Source: Phycisphaerae bacterium (GTDB taxonomy: Bacteria; Planctomycetota; Phycisphaerae; UBA1845; Fen-1342). Taken from it: a stretch of 64,000 nt of DNA. The number at the start of each line of letters is the position of its first letter. Position 1 is the stretch's first letter. Location of the stretch: positions 32,001 to 96,000 of the forward strand of contig JASFQK010000004.1 in the NCBI GenBank assembly GCA_050115495.1. Reading direction: 5' to 3'. The position numbers were made by a program, and so were the translations under genes. The notes under the pieces are model-generated. The model was not told where the DNA came from and made no database searches. It was given only the letters and a program-made list of their open reading frames with translations. Below are positions 1 to 10,693 of the stretch, piece by piece.

Positions 1-190
1 GGTTCATCCCGGCCAGCTCAACGCAGACGTAATAGGCGTCGGGCGTTTCGTACACATCGGTGGCCGGTTGCCAGGTTCCCTGGCCGCGGAATCCGACGTA
101 GCTGCGTTTGTGCATCTCGTCCATCAGCTCGTGGATTCGGCGCGACCATTGGTCCATGTCACCGCAGTTGCCGAACTTGCTGAAGCTCAC
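1..190 (-). CDS. Hsp20/alpha-crystallin family small heat-shock protein (5' part; runs off the window)
   Basis: Hand translation from GTG at 190: MSFSKFGNCGDMDQWSRRIHELMDEMHKRSYVGFRGQGTWQPATDVYETPDAYYVCVELAGMN. WxPxxDVYET...V.VELAG is the Hsp20 domain start. Not in the ORF track. Confidence 0.85.
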   Translation of the reverse strand, partial: MSFSKFGNCGDMDQWSRRIHELMDEMHKRSYVGFRGQGTWQPATDVYETPDAYYVCVELAGMN

Positions 191-307
191 GGGCCACCCG
201 CCTTCGCAAAATGAGAGCCGCGACGCCGATCCCACGCCGGCGCATGTTGGATTCTAGCCCACAGGGCCGCTGCTGGCGACCAGCGCGCCTGGTCGGGAAA
301 TGGTCGG

Positions 308-1738
308 TCAGGGCTGGACGGTGATATCGCCGCGGTGGCGGAGCGTCAGGTGGACGGCGCCGTGGCGGCCGCGCACGGCCTGGAGGAAGGTGGCCGTCTG
401 CCCGATGGGCGTATCGTCGACGGACTGGATCACGTCGCCGATGCGCAGGCGGGCCCGGGCTGCCGGGCTGGCATCCTGCACGTCGATGATCACCACGCCG
501 GCAACATCGCCGCCGGCCTGCAACATGCGGCGCGAGTCGGCGGTGAGATCGGCGACGCGCATGCCACGCCAGATGACGGCGCCGCTGCGCATCCAGGCCA
601 CGCGGCTGATCTGCCGGGCCTCGACGCGCGGCTGCACGCGGACGGTCCGGCCCTCCCGGCGGAGCGAAAGCGTGACTTCCTGGCCGACGGGCGTTTGGCC
701 GACGAGCTCGGCGAGGGCCATGGGGGCGTCGATCGGGTGATTGCTGAGGTGCGTGATGACGTCGCTCACCTGGATGCCGACCTGGGACGCTGGTCCGCCG
801 GGCTCGACCTGCTCGACGATGACACCGACATCGCCGGCGATGCCGACGGCGGTGCGCTGGGCAGTGGTAAGGGCGCCGACGGTGAGGCCGAGGTAGCCGT
901 GCTGGATGGGCCGACCGGCCATGAGCTGCTCGATGATGCGGCGCTTGGCCGGGGTCAGCGGGATGGCGAAGCCCACGCCGACGTCGTCCGGCCCGTGCGT
1001 GTGGACGGCGGTAACCACGCCGATCAATTCGCCGCGCACGTTGAAGAGCGGGCCGCCGGAGTTGCCGGGGTGGATGGCGGCGGTGGTCTGGATCATGTCG
1101 GCGTAGAGGCGGTCGTCGACCTCGCCGAGGCCGGGCAGGCGACGGCCGAGGTTGGCGATCACGCCGATGGAGCTGCTGAGCTGGCCGTCATTGCCGAGGC
1201 CGTAGGGATTGCCGATGGCCAGGTTCCATTGGCCGCGGGCGACGGTGCTCCAGTCGCACAGCGGCGCCGGTGTCAACCCGTCGGCGTCCACGTGCAGGAT
1301 GGCCAGATCGCAGCGGGCATCGGCACCGATGACGGCGGCGGAGAGGCGGCGACCGTCGTGCAGAATGACCGTGATCTCGCCGGCGCCCTGGATTACGTGC
1401 TGGTTGGTCAGGATAACCCCGTCTTCGCGGAGGATCGTGCCACTGCCGTTGAGGGTGACGATCTGCTCGCTGCCCGTGCCGCCGGGGACGGGGGTGACGT
1501 ACTCGCGGCGGGCGCGAATGCCGACGACGCTGGGAGCGACGTGATCGACTACGTTCTGGAAGGCGCGTTCAAGAGCGTGGAGGTCGGGTACGTCGTCCGC
1601 GCCACCTGCCAGGGCCGCCGTCCGTGCCGGCCACAACGCCGCCAGGGCGGCGAACAGCAGCAGGACGTAAACCCAGAGGGGCCACGACACGAGGTTCGCG
1701 GCGGTCGTGCGTCCCAATCGCGCAGGAAGTGGGTGCAT
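308..1738 (-). CDS. HtrA/DegP-like serine protease with two PDZ domains
   Basis: TNQHV, DLAIL and GNSGGPL catalytic triad motifs; GYLG PDZ start; N-terminal TM. Start uncertain (ORF extends to 1783). Confidence 0.9.
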   Translation of the reverse strand: MHPLPARLGRTTAANLVSWPLWVYVLLLFAALAALWPARTAALAGGADDVPDLHALERAFQNVVDHVAPSVVGIRARREYVTPVPGGTGSEQIVTLNGSGTILREDGVILTNQHVIQGAGEITVILHDGRRLSAAVIGADARCDLAILHVDADGLTPAPLCDWSTVARGQWNLAIGNPYGLGNDGQLSSSIGVIANLGRRLPGLGEVDDRLYADMIQTTAAIHPGNSGGPLFNVRGELIGVVTAVHTHGPDDVGVGFAIPLTPAKRRIIEQLMAGRPIQHGYLGLTVGALTTAQRTAVGIAGDVGVIVEQVEPGGPASQVGIQVSDVITHLSNHPIDAPMALAELVGQTPVGQEVTLSLRREGRTVRVQPRVEARQISRVAWMRSGAVIWRGMRVADLTADSRRMLQAGGDVAGVVIIDVQDASPAARARLRIGDVIQSVDDTPIGQTATFLQAVRGRHGAVHLTLRHRGDITVQP

Positions 1739-1895
1739 AACTCCAGAGTCCTTGCGCCGGTGCGTACGGCGACGAAGCCGCAACGACGCCTATAGCAGCC
1801 CTTAATACGTCGGCTGGGCGGCCGCCTCGCATCATACGTACGGCGCAGGGTGCACGGAAGTCAGTTGTGGGGCGGCGCGTGGCGCCCGCGGCAGG

Positions 1896-3026
1896 TCACC
1901 GTTTACGAGACGTGCCGGCGGCAGCCGCGGCGGGTCGCTTGTTGGTGGAGGGTTTCTCGGACCTGGTGGATTTTGCGGTGTCCGCGGGCCCCTTGGCCGG
2001 CTCCTTCGCGGGCACGTCCGATTCCTTTTTGGGCAGCTTGACCGCGAGGGCCTGGGTGCGGATCTCGCGGACGAGATCGGGGTTGTCGCGGAGGAACTGC
2101 CGGGCGTTCTCGCGGCCCTGGCCGAGGCGCGTCTCGCCGAAGCTGTACCAGGTGCCACTGCGGGCGACGACGCCGCAGCCGGACGCCACGTCGAGCAGGT
2201 CCGATTCGCTGCTGATACCGCCGTCGAAGTAGATGTCGAACTCGGCCTCGCGGAAGGGCGGGGCGACCTTGTTCTTGACGACCTTGGCCCGGGCGCGGGT
2301 GCCGATGACCTGGTCGCCGTCCTTGAGCATGCCGATGCGCCGCGTGTCGATGCGGACGGAGGAGTAGAACTTGAGGGCCCGGCCACCGGGCGTGGTCTCC
2401 GGGCTGCCGTACATCACGCCGATCTTCTCGCGGATCTGGTTGATGAAGACGACGCTCGTGCGGCTCTTGCTGCAAATGGCGGTGAGCTTGCGCATGGCCT
2501 GGCTCATGAGGCGGGCCTGAAGGCCGACGTGCGAATCGCCCATCTGCCCTTCGAGCTCGGCCCGCGGCACCAGGGCGGCGACGGAGTCGACGACGATGAG
2601 ATCCAGCGAATTCGAGCGGACGAGCAGCTCGCAGATTTCCAGGGCCTCTTCGCCGCAGGAGGGCTGGTTGACCATGAGCTCTTCGAGATTGACGCCGATG
2701 CGCTTGGCCCAACTGGGGTCGAAGCCGTGCTCGGCGTCGATGAAGGCGGCGGCGCCGCCGGCCCGCTGCGCCTCGGCGATCATGTGCAGCGTGAGGGTGG
2801 TCTTACCGGATGACTCGGGTCCGAAGACTTCGAGGACGCGGCCACGGGGGACACCCGCACCGCCGAGAGCGAGGTCGAGCGACAGCGCCCCGGTGGAGAT
2901 GCCGTCGGTGGTGGGGGCGAGGGCCTCACGGAGGAACATGATGGTGCCCTTGCCGTAGGCTTTCTCGATTTGCTGGATGGCGCGGCTGAGGGCCTGCTCG
3001 CGCGTGCCTTCTTGCTCGATGGACAT
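1896..3026 (-). CDS. recA: Recombinase A
   Basis: [39 protein letters not shown] and KNKVAPPF motifs. Confidence 0.99.
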   Translation of the reverse strand: MSIEQEGTREQALSRAIQQIEKAYGKGTIMFLREALAPTTDGISTGALSLDLALGGAGVPRGRVLEVFGPESSGKTTLTLHMIAEAQRAGGAAAFIDAEHGFDPSWAKRIGVNLEELMVNQPSCGEEALEICELLVRSNSLDLIVVDSVAALVPRAELEGQMGDSHVGLQARLMSQAMRKLTAICSKSRTSVVFINQIREKIGVMYGSPETTPGGRALKFYSSVRIDTRRIGMLKDGDQVIGTRARAKVVKNKVAPPFREAEFDIYFDGGISSESDLLDVASGCGVVARSGTWYSFGETRLGQGRENARQFLRDNPDLVREIRTQALAVKLPKKESDVPAKEPAKGPADTAKSTRSEKPSTNKRPAAAAAGTSRKR

Positions 3027-3121
3027 GTCGGCCTCCTGAGGGAAAGTTATCGGCCGTTGGCGTTCAGGTCGTCGGCGTCGTGCCCCGGACCGCCCCGGGA
3101 GCTACTCGGACCACGACACTC

Positions 3122-3150
3122 ATTATGCAAACAAAGACCTAACGCGTCAA
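3122..3150 (-). promoter_or_regulatory. sigma70-type promoter of recA
   Basis: Minus strand TTGACG-17 nt-CATAAT upstream of the recA start. Confidence 0.6.
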
Positions 3151-3864
3151 CCCCCCTGGCGGGGAAATCTCTCGGCCGGGGATCAGCTCCCGCGGCACGC
3201 CGATGTCCACGGTCAGCAGCCGACCGACGGCGGCCCGCGCTGCCGGGGTAACCAGGCCGGTTTTCGCGGCGACCATCGTGACCGTGGCGTGTGCGCGGAA
3301 GCAGGGCTCGTTCATTTCGCCCGTGTCGCCATCGAGGCCCGACGGCAGGTCGATGGCCACGCGGCGGGGGCGGACGGCGGCGTTGGCGATCCGCACCATG
3401 TCGGCCGCCGTGTTCCGAGGAGCACCGCGCGACCCGGTGCCCAGCAGGGCGTCGACGATCACGTCGGCCTGCTCGGCCTCGGCTTTCAACACACGAAGGC
3501 CGTCCGGTTCGAAGACGTTGATCAGCGGCAGGCTCATGCGTTCGATGATGCGCAGGTTGACGGCGGCGTCGCCACGCGGCCGGTCCGGCGGAACGGCCAG
3601 GGCGACGATCGCGGTCACGCCAGCGTTGTGCAGATGGCGGGCGACGACGAAGCCGTCACCGCCGTTGTTGCCGGCGCCACACAGCAGCACGACGTGGGAC
3701 TGAAGCGGGTCCACGAGGCTGCCGTGGATGAACTCCGCCACGCCACGGCCGGCGTTCTCCATCAGGACCAGCCCCGGAATGCCGACGTGCTCGATCGTCA
3801 GGACGTCGAGCTCGCGGATCTGCTGGCACGTCAGGGGTTCGCCGACCGGTTCACGGACCGTCAT
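3139..3864 (-). CDS. nnrE: NAD(P)H-hydrate epimerase (YjeF N-terminal domain only)
   Basis: LMENAG, CGAGNNGGDG, DALLGTG and DLPSG motifs; start reassigned to MTVREP. Confidence 0.9.
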   Translation of the reverse strand: MTVREPVGEPLTCQQIRELDVLTIEHVGIPGLVLMENAGRGVAEFIHGSLVDPLQSHVVLLCGAGNNGGDGFVVARHLHNAGVTAIVALAVPPDRPRGDAAVNLRIIERMSLPLINVFEPDGLRVLKAEAEQADVIVDALLGTGSRGAPRNTAADMVRIANAAVRPRRVAIDLPSGLDGDTGEMNEPCFRAHATVTMVAAKTGLVTPAARAAVGRLLTVDIGVPRELIPGREISPPGGLTR

Positions 3865-3902
3865 GGTGCACCTCGCGGCGACGGCGGGCAGCAACGGGCG
3901 CG

Positions 3903-4442
3903 TCAGACGCGCTGGGCGCGCTTGATCTGCGGCGGATCGACGGGGCGGGAAGCCTCGCCGAGGGCCGGGTCGTTTTGCGTCGGGACGCTCTTGACGCGGT
4001 CGAGAACGTCGAGGCCCTCGACGACCTGGCCGAAGGCGCAGTAGCCCCACCCGTCGCTGCCGGGGTGGTTGAGGAAGCCGTTGTCGACCGTGTTGATGAA
4101 GAACTGCGACGTGGCCGAGTGCGGCTCCGACGTGCGGGCCATGGCGATGGTTCCGCGCTTGTTCGGCAGACCGTTGGCGGCCTCGTTCTCGACCGGCTCG
4201 TGCAGGCCCTTGGTCTTGGACGCAAAGTCGGGTGTGTGCCCACCGCCCTGGATCATGAAATGGGCGATCACGCGGTGGAAGATGGTCCCGTCGTAGAAGC
4301 CCTCATCGACGTAGCGGAGGAAGTTCTTCGTTGTGGCGGGAGCCTTTTGCTCATCGAGCTCGAGGATAATCTGTCCCCAGTCCTCGTCGCCGCAGGAGAT
4401 GTCCAGGGCCACGCGAACGCCGCTGCTGGCGGGGTCGGGCAT
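3903..4442 (-). CDS. Cyclophilin-type peptidyl-prolyl cis-trans isomerase
   Basis: FHRVIAHFMIQGGG, GTIAMART, SATSQFFIN, GYCAFGQV. Confidence 0.95.
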   Translation of the reverse strand: MPDPASSGVRVALDISCGDEDWGQIILELDEQKAPATTKNFLRYVDEGFYDGTIFHRVIAHFMIQGGGHTPDFASKTKGLHEPVENEAANGLPNKRGTIAMARTSEPHSATSQFFINTVDNGFLNHPGSDGWGYCAFGQVVEGLDVLDRVKSVPTQNDPALGEASRPVDPPQIKRAQRV

Positions 4443-4508
4443 AATTCACTTGCCTCCGTTCGTTGGTTCGAGGTCGGGTCGTCAGGCGGCGGTGGATGGC
4501 CGCTGCTG

Positions 4509-5513
4509 TTATTCGTCGCCGTCGGCCGGCTCCTCGGGAAGCGGTTCATCTTCCGGAGGCAGGGGCTCGTCGGCGGGAGACTCGGGCTCTTCGAGGTTGG
4601 GGTCGCCTTCGGGCGGCGGGAACTCCGGCTGCTCGAGGTGTCCCTGGACCGGTACCGGAACCACGCCGTCGCCTTCCTCGCCGTGCTTGTGGCGCTGCTC
4701 GTACTCACTGCGTTCGATTCGGCGAGCGCTGATGATCATGACGGGCGTGATCGGCTGGGATTTCTCGGGCGCCTGGACGTCGTAGCCGCGGGCCTTGTAG
4801 CTCTCGAAGCGGCGCTGGGCCTCGGGGCCGACCGTCGTGGGCATGCTCTTGATCCGGTCGATGATCTCCATGCCGGAGATGATGCGGCCGAACACGCAGT
4901 GGCCGTAACGGGTCGAGCCGGCACAATCGAGCCGGTTGTTGTCGGCGACGTTGATGAAGAACTGGCACTGTGCGGAATGGGGATCCTGCTTGCGGGCCAT
5001 GGCGATGGTGCCGCGGGTGTTCTTCTCGGCGATGCGGCTCTCGTTTCGCACGGCGCCGTGCATGCCTTCGGTCTTGATCTCGCCGATGCCGGTGTAGCCA
5101 CCGCCCTGGATGATGAAGTCCGGCAGGACGCGGTGGAAGATGGTGCCGTTGTAGAAGCCCTCGTCGACGTAGCGGAGGAAGTTGCGCACGGTGGCCGGCA
5201 CACGCTGCTGGTGCAGCTCGATCACGACGGTGCCCCACACGTCTTTGGCCGTGCCGATCTCGAGCTCGACCAGCGGGCGGGCGCGCGTGAAGCGGGTGGA
5301 TTCCGGGACCGTTCTCTGGATCCGCGGGGGCTGTGCCGTCCCGCCGGGCCGGACGGCCGGCGGCTTGGTGCGCTGGGTGGGCCTAGGCGGCGGCTGTGTG
5401 CGCGCCGCGCGACGGCGTGCTTCGCGCTCGATAGTCTGGGGCCAGGCGTAGGCGCAGCCGAACACCACGATCAGCAGGGTCGCCAGCCAGGCGGTACGTC
5501 GGCTCAACATCAT
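4509..5513 (-). CDS. Exported cyclophilin-type PPIase with Pro/Glu-rich tail
   Basis: Signal peptide; FHRVLPDFIIQGGG, GTIAMARK, QFFINV. Confidence 0.9.
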   Translation of the reverse strand: MMLSRRTAWLATLLIVVFGCAYAWPQTIEREARRRAARTQPPPRPTQRTKPPAVRPGGTAQPPRIQRTVPESTRFTRARPLVELEIGTAKDVWGTVVIELHQQRVPATVRNFLRYVDEGFYNGTIFHRVLPDFIIQGGGYTGIGEIKTEGMHGAVRNESRIAEKNTRGTIAMARKQDPHSAQCQFFINVADNNRLDCAGSTRYGHCVFGRIISGMEIIDRIKSMPTTVGPEAQRRFESYKARGYDVQAPEKSQPITPVMIISARRIERSEYEQRHKHGEEGDGVVPVPVQGHLEQPEFPPPEGDPNLEEPESPADEPLPPEDEPLPEEPADGDE

Positions 5514-5573
5514 GGCTCATCTCTCCGCTGCGGGGCCGTCTCCGCCGATCCGGCGGGAACATCCCCCACCATC

Positions 5574-6002
5574 CTATTCGACAGGCGGGCGGGGGGCCAC
5601 GCCGGTCAGCATATCGTACACGTCGTCGGGCAGGGGCGTTGGGCGGCCGTCGCGCCCGACACAGGCCAGCGTCGACGACGCCTCGGCCAGGAGCTGTTCC
5701 CCGCGGCGAAGGCGATAGCTGTGATCGACGCGCACGCCGGACAGCCGCTCCGTCGTGGTCGTCAGCGTCACCAGGTCATCGTAGCGGGCCGGGGCGCGGA
5801 ATCGGCATTCGAGCCGCGCCACTACGTAATACACGCTACGCTGTTCCAGGTCGCGGTAGCTGACGCCATTCCGGCGGAGGAGCTCGGTGCGGCCCATCTC
5901 GAAGAAGACGGCGAAGCGGGCGTGGTGGAGGTAGCCCATGGCGTCGACCTCCGCGTAGCGGACGCGGATGTCGATGTCACAACTCGAAATCGGCTCGGGC
6001 AC
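5574..6002 (-). CDS. Acyl-CoA thioesterase, YbgC/FadM (4HBT) family
   Basis: RVRYAEVDAMG, FEMGRTE and PARYDD hot-dog fold motifs. Confidence 0.9.
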   Translation of the reverse strand: MPEPISSCDIDIRVRYAEVDAMGYLHHARFAVFFEMGRTELLRRNGVSYRDLEQRSVYYVVARLECRFRAPARYDDLVTLTTTTERLSGVRVDHSYRLRRGEQLLAEASSTLACVGRDGRPTPLPDDVYDMLTGVAPRPPVE

Positions 6003-6042
6003 GATCGGCCTCTCCGGTCAGGGGTTGCGCGGGGGCCCGGTT

Positions 6043-6288
6043 TCAGGCTCCGAGCTGCTTGTGCGTGCCGTCGCACCAGGGCATGTTGGCGCTCTTGTGG
6101 CACTGGCAGATCCACTTCTTGCCGGGGGCGTCGATCTCGCAGATGGCAGGCTTGCAGCCGGTTTCGAGCCGGGCGTGCGCCCCGTCACAGTAGGGCAGGC
6201 GGGCCGAGTGGCCGCAGGTGCAGTAGGCCTTCTTGCCCGGGATCTCGTCGACAGCGATGGGCTGAGTGCCGTGTTTGGGTTCGGCCAT
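6043..6288 (-). CDS. Double CDGSH [2Fe-2S] domain protein
   Basis: CTCGHSARLPYCDGAH and CQCHKSANMPWCDGTH. Confidence 0.92.
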   Translation of the reverse strand: MAEPKHGTQPIAVDEIPGKKAYCTCGHSARLPYCDGAHARLETGCKPAICEIDAPGKKWICQCHKSANMPWCDGTHKQLGA

Positions 6289-6450
6289 GGTCTATCCTCC
6301 TTCGTGGGGGTGGCTTGCCGGCGGTCTGCCGCCGCGCCGAGTCATGGATTATAGCTGCGCGGGGCGGAGCGCGGGATCGGCGGGCAGTTGTCGGCGGCGG
6401 GAATAGGTCATATAACCGCCGCGGGGCCGATTGATGCGGGAGAGTTGTCC

Positions 6451-8178
6451 ATGACCAACGCCGACGTGGCCCGGGTCTTCGCCGAAGTGGCGGACCTGAT
6501 GGAAATCAAGGGAGAAGATGCGTTCCGGGTGAACTCGTACCGGCGCGTGGCCCGCACGATCGACGATCTGGCCACGGACATCAACGAGATCGCCGCACGC
6601 GGTGAACTCACCGAGCTGGCCGGTGTAGGGAAGGGCTCCGCGGAGAAGATCCAAACATTGCTGGACACCGGGCGGCTGCCGCTGCGGGAGGAACTGGCGG
6701 AGAAGGTGCCCGACACGCTGTTGGCGCTGCGCGACGTGCCGTCATTGGGGCCGAAGAAGATCGCGTTGCTGTGGCGCGAGGTGGGGGTAACGTCGCTGGC
6801 GGACCTGCGGGCGGCGATCGACGCCGGGCGGATGAGCGGACTGAAGGGCTTCGGCGAGAAGAGCATTCAGCAGATCCGACAGGGGCTCGATTTCCTGGCG
6901 CGCAGCGCGGGGCGGATTCGGCTGGGCGTGGCGACGCGGGTCAGCCAGGCGGTGGCGGACGCCGTTCGCGAACTCCCGGGCGTGCATCAGGTTGAGGTGG
7001 CCGGCTCGCTTCGGCGGGGCGCGGAGACCATCGGAGACCTGGATCTGCTGTGCCTGGCGGAGGATCCGGAAAAGGTTATCGGACTGTTCACGAAGCTGCC
7101 CGGTGTGACCGAGGTCCTCGCCGCCGGCCAGACCAAGGGTTCGGTCGTCTTCGAGTACCGCCCGCGACGCTCGGTGCAGATCGACCTCCGCATCGTGCCG
7201 GCGGAGTCGTTCGGGGCCGCGTGGCAATACTTCACGGGCAGCAAACAGCACAACGTGCGGCTGCGTGAACTGGCCGTTCGTCGGGGCTGGAGCCTGAACG
7301 AGTACGGCCTAACCGAAGGCGACCGGGTCATCGCCTCACATACGGAGGAGGAGATCTACAAGGCGTTGGGGCTGCCGTGGTTACCGCCGGAGCTGCGCGA
7401 GGATCGCGGCGAACTGGCCCTGAGCGAAGTGCCGGGCGACCTGCTGACGCTGGCGGACATCCGCGGCGATCTGCACCTGCACACGGTGGCCAGCGATGGC
7501 GTGCATACGGTCGAAGAGATGGCGGCGGCGGCGAAGGCGTTCGGCCACGAGTACATCTGCATCACGGATCACTCGCACAGCAGCACCATCGCCAACGGCC
7601 TCGACGTCGACCGACTCGAAGAGCAGACGGCGCGGATCCAGAAGCTGGCGGCGAAGACGAAGGGCGTGCAGGTCTGGGCCGGCACCGAGGTGGATATTCT
7701 CGCCGACGGGTCGCTGGACTATCCGGACAAGCTGCTGGCCAAGCTGGACTTCGTGGTGGCGTCGATCCACAGCGGCATGGGACAGGACATCGAGGCAAAC
7801 ACGCGGCGGACGCTGGCCGCCATCCGGAATCCGTACGTGAACGTGATCGGGCACCCGACGGGCCGGCTGCTGAACAAGCGGGAGGCGATGGCCCTCGACA
7901 TCAAGGCGGTTTGCCGCGAGGCGGCCCGGACCGGGACCGCTCTCGAAATCAACGCCTCCGACTACCGGCTGGATCTGAAGGATCAGCATGCCCGCCTGGC
8001 CGCTGAGGTCGGGGCGCTGCTGTGCATCAACACCGACGCTCACGCCACGGACCAGTACGGGGACATGCAGTACGGCGTGTTGACCGGCCGGCGAGCCTGG
8101 CTGCGGAAAGAGCACGTACTGAACACCCGGACGGCGCGGAATGTTAAGAAATTTGTCATTTCTAAACGCGGCAAGTGA
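6451..8178 (+). CDS. polX: DNA polymerase X / PHP 3'-5' exonuclease
   Basis: HhH motifs, AGSLRR..ETIGDLD, YFTGSKQHN; PHP motifs DLHLHT, TDHSH, NTDAH. Confidence 0.95.
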   Translation: MTNADVARVFAEVADLMEIKGEDAFRVNSYRRVARTIDDLATDINEIAARGELTELAGVGKGSAEKIQTLLDTGRLPLREELAEKVPDTLLALRDVPSLGPKKIALLWREVGVTSLADLRAAIDAGRMSGLKGFGEKSIQQIRQGLDFLARSAGRIRLGVATRVSQAVADAVRELPGVHQVEVAGSLRRGAETIGDLDLLCLAEDPEKVIGLFTKLPGVTEVLAAGQTKGSVVFEYRPRRSVQIDLRIVPAESFGAAWQYFTGSKQHNVRLRELAVRRGWSLNEYGLTEGDRVIASHTEEEIYKALGLPWLPPELREDRGELALSEVPGDLLTLADIRGDLHLHTVASDGVHTVEEMAAAAKAFGHEYICITDHSHSSTIANGLDVDRLEEQTARIQKLAAKTKGVQVWAGTEVDILADGSLDYPDKLLAKLDFVVASIHSGMGQDIEANTRRTLAAIRNPYVNVIGHPTGRLLNKREAMALDIKAVCREAARTGTALEINASDYRLDLKDQHARLAAEVGALLCINTDAHATDQYGDMQYGVLTGRRAWLRKEHVLNTRTARNVKKFVISKRGK

Positions 8179-8540
8179 AACGGGTTGCGTATTGCGGGCC
8201 CGAATTCGACTGTTTTTCGGCCGCGGCGCGGAATAGGGTATTTTACCTAGGGGTTATCATCGCTGAGACGATCGGGGTGTTCGGGCCGAAGTGAACACCA
8301 GCGCCGGGCATCCGTCCGGCGCTCGTCTCCCTCCTCCCTCACGTGCCCTCGTTTGGACTGGGCCGCACGAGACGCGAGTTCTCCGAACTCTCGACTCGGC
8401 GGCCCGGGTCCTTTTTGGTCGGGTCTGCCGCCGGCGCGATAGGCGGACAACGTACGTCGGGCGAGCCTTGCTCGTCGTTGCCGTAGCGCCGAGAATGGCC
8501 GGCTAACGCAGTAAACCACACTCACCAAGGAGGAAATACC

Positions 8541-10622
8541 GTGCATCGCATCTGGACCCGAGCAGCCCTTTTCGTCGTTTGTCTCGCAATCGCTCCCGCG
8601 GCGGTTCTGGCGGATGCCCCGCCGCGCACGCATGACATCACGCCGGACGACTATTTCACGCTGCACTTCATCTATGACTGCGCGACGTCGCCTGACGGAA
8701 CGCTGGTGGCGTTCAACGACCTGTGCTGGGGCGAGGACGATACGCCGCGCCAGTTCGACATGTGGATCGTGCACACGGACACGAAGCGGCTACTGCGCCT
8801 GACCGCCGGGCCGGAGAACGAGATGTCGCCGCAGTGGCAGCCGGACAGCCAGCGCTTGTACTTCACGACGAAGCGTGACCGCGGCGACAAGCTTCCGCCG
8901 TACGACGGCAGCACGCAGGTGTGGGTCATGCGCCTGGAGGCGGGCGAGCCGCTGCCGGTGACGCGGGTCAAGGGCGGCGTCGGTGCCTACCAGCTTTCGC
9001 CGGACGGGGCGTGCCTCTACTACACGAAGGACGGCGAAGAGGCGACCGGCGAGTGGAAGGAGCTGCGCGGCAAGTACAAGGACGTGAAGTACGGTTCGGG
9101 GCCGGTGACGTACACGGAGCTGTGGAAGCTCGACCTCGAGACCTGGCGGGAAGAGAAGCTGGTGGCCGAGGAGCGGGTCATCCGCGAGTTCAAGGTTTCG
9201 CCGGACGAGGCCCGCATCGCCATGATCACGACGCCGGACAACCGGCTGATCACGAACGAAGGCCAGTCGCGCGTGGACGTGTACGACGCAGCGACGCGGC
9301 AGGTGACGGTGTTGCCGGAGGCCACGTATCGCGAGAACGTGCCGTCGCCCTACGGCTGGGTGAGCGATCTGTCCTGGTCATCGGATGGGCAGCGGCTGGC
9401 GTGGATGGTGGATTACGACGGGTTCCCGTCGGAGATCCTCATCGCGGATCTGAGCGGGGCGGAGACGCCGGTCTGGATGCTGGATCGGCCGAATGAGCTG
9501 ACCGTAGCCGGGCACCTGACGTGGGTGCCGGGCGAGCGTGGGTTGGCGTTCCTGGCGGTGGAGCGCGGCCGGGCACGGATCTACTACCTGGACAACGTGA
9601 GTCCGGGCCGGCAGAACACGGAGACCGCCGGGGCGCTCACGCCGGGCGACGTGGTGGTGAAGGGGTTTAGCTTCTCGGCGGATGGGAACAGCGTCGGGTT
9701 CGTGATGGCCGACACGATGAACTGCCCCGACGTGTACCTGGCCCGGGCGAAGGACGACAAGGGCAAGTACACGCGGCTGACCACGTTCAACCCGCAGGTG
9801 GATACGTGGCGGCTGCCGCAGATCTCGCTGATGACCTGGACGGCGCCGGATGGAACCGAGGTCGAGGGCGTCCTCGAACTGCCGCCGGATTACAAGGAGG
9901 GTGACGGGCCGCTGCCGACGGTGATCGAACTGCACGGCGGGCCGACGGACTGCACGTACTTGGAGATGCGCTTCTGGATCTACGGGCGCACGCTGCTGCC
10001 GGCGAAGGGCTACGCCCTGCTGAGCCCGAACTACCGCGGCTCAACCGGCTACGGCGACAAGTTCCTGACCGACCTGGTGGGGCACGAGAACGACGTCGAC
10101 GTGAAGGATATCCTGGCCGGCGTGGACGCCCTGGTGGAGCGCGGCATCGCCGACCCGGAGCGGCTGGGCGTGATGGGTTGGTCCAACGGCGGGTTCCTGA
10201 CGAACGTCCTGATCACGACAACGACGCGGTTCAAGGCAGCGAGCACCGGGGCGGGCGTCGTGGACCAGGTGATGCAGTGGGGGCTGGAGGACACGCCGGG
10301 GCACGTCGTCAACTACATGCGCGGTATGCCGTGGGAGCGGGCCGACGCCTACGTGAAGGCGTCGGCGGTGTACAACCTCGGCAACGTGAAGACGGCGACG
10401 CTCATTCACGTGGGCGAAAAGGACCCCCGAGTGCCGACGGCGCACTGCCGCACGCTGTATCGTGGGCTGAAGGATTACGTGGGCGTGCCGACTGCGCTGC
10501 TGGTGTACCCCGGGGCGGGACACGGGCTGGTCGTGAAGAACCACCGCGCGGCGAAGATGGCGTGGGATCTGGCGTGGTTCGACAAGTACCTGCGCGGCGA
10601 GGGCGAAACGCCGGAGCCGTAG
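8541..10622 (+). CDS. Secreted S9 family peptidase (acylaminoacyl/dipeptidyl peptidase-like)
   Basis: AGGAGG RBS, signal peptide, propeller region, HGGP, PNYRGSTGYG, GWSNGG nucleophile, D-R-V, GH. Confidence 0.93.
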   Translation: MHRIWTRAALFVVCLAIAPAAVLADAPPRTHDITPDDYFTLHFIYDCATSPDGTLVAFNDLCWGEDDTPRQFDMWIVHTDTKRLLRLTAGPENEMSPQWQPDSQRLYFTTKRDRGDKLPPYDGSTQVWVMRLEAGEPLPVTRVKGGVGAYQLSPDGACLYYTKDGEEATGEWKELRGKYKDVKYGSGPVTYTELWKLDLETWREEKLVAEERVIREFKVSPDEARIAMITTPDNRLITNEGQSRVDVYDAATRQVTVLPEATYRENVPSPYGWVSDLSWSSDGQRLAWMVDYDGFPSEILIADLSGAETPVWMLDRPNELTVAGHLTWVPGERGLAFLAVERGRARIYYLDNVSPGRQNTETAGALTPGDVVVKGFSFSADGNSVGFVMADTMNCPDVYLARAKDDKGKYTRLTTFNPQVDTWRLPQISLMTWTAPDGTEVEGVLELPPDYKEGDGPLPTVIELHGGPTDCTYLEMRFWIYGRTLLPAKGYALLSPNYRGSTGYGDKFLTDLVGHENDVDVKDILAGVDALVERGIADPERLGVMGWSNGGFLTNVLITTTTRFKAASTGAGVVDQVMQWGLEDTPGHVVNYMRGMPWERADAYVKASAVYNLGNVKTATLIHVGEKDPRVPTAHCRTLYRGLKDYVGVPTALLVYPGAGHGLVVKNHRAAKMAWDLAWFDKYLRGEGETPEP

Positions 10623-10679
10623 GTGTGGCATGCCGGAGCTTGGAGTGTGGCATGCTGAAGCCTTAGGCGCCGGCATGTC
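10623..10679 (+). repeat. REP-like palindromes, left flank of RAYT
   Basis: GTGTGGCATGCCGG... then GTGTGGCATGCTGAAGCCTTAGGCGCCGGCATG hairpin; inverted relative to 11339-11392; 38 nt identical copy at 44261-44298. Confidence 0.85.
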
Positions 10680-10693
10680 CCCACGCACGCTGC

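Noticed and set aside
8291..8506. 71-aa ORF and GGTGTTC-N10-GAACACC hairpin between polX and the S9 peptidase
   Set aside because: No RBS or motif support. The spacing does not fit a LexA box I know, and no riboswitch consensus was recognised.
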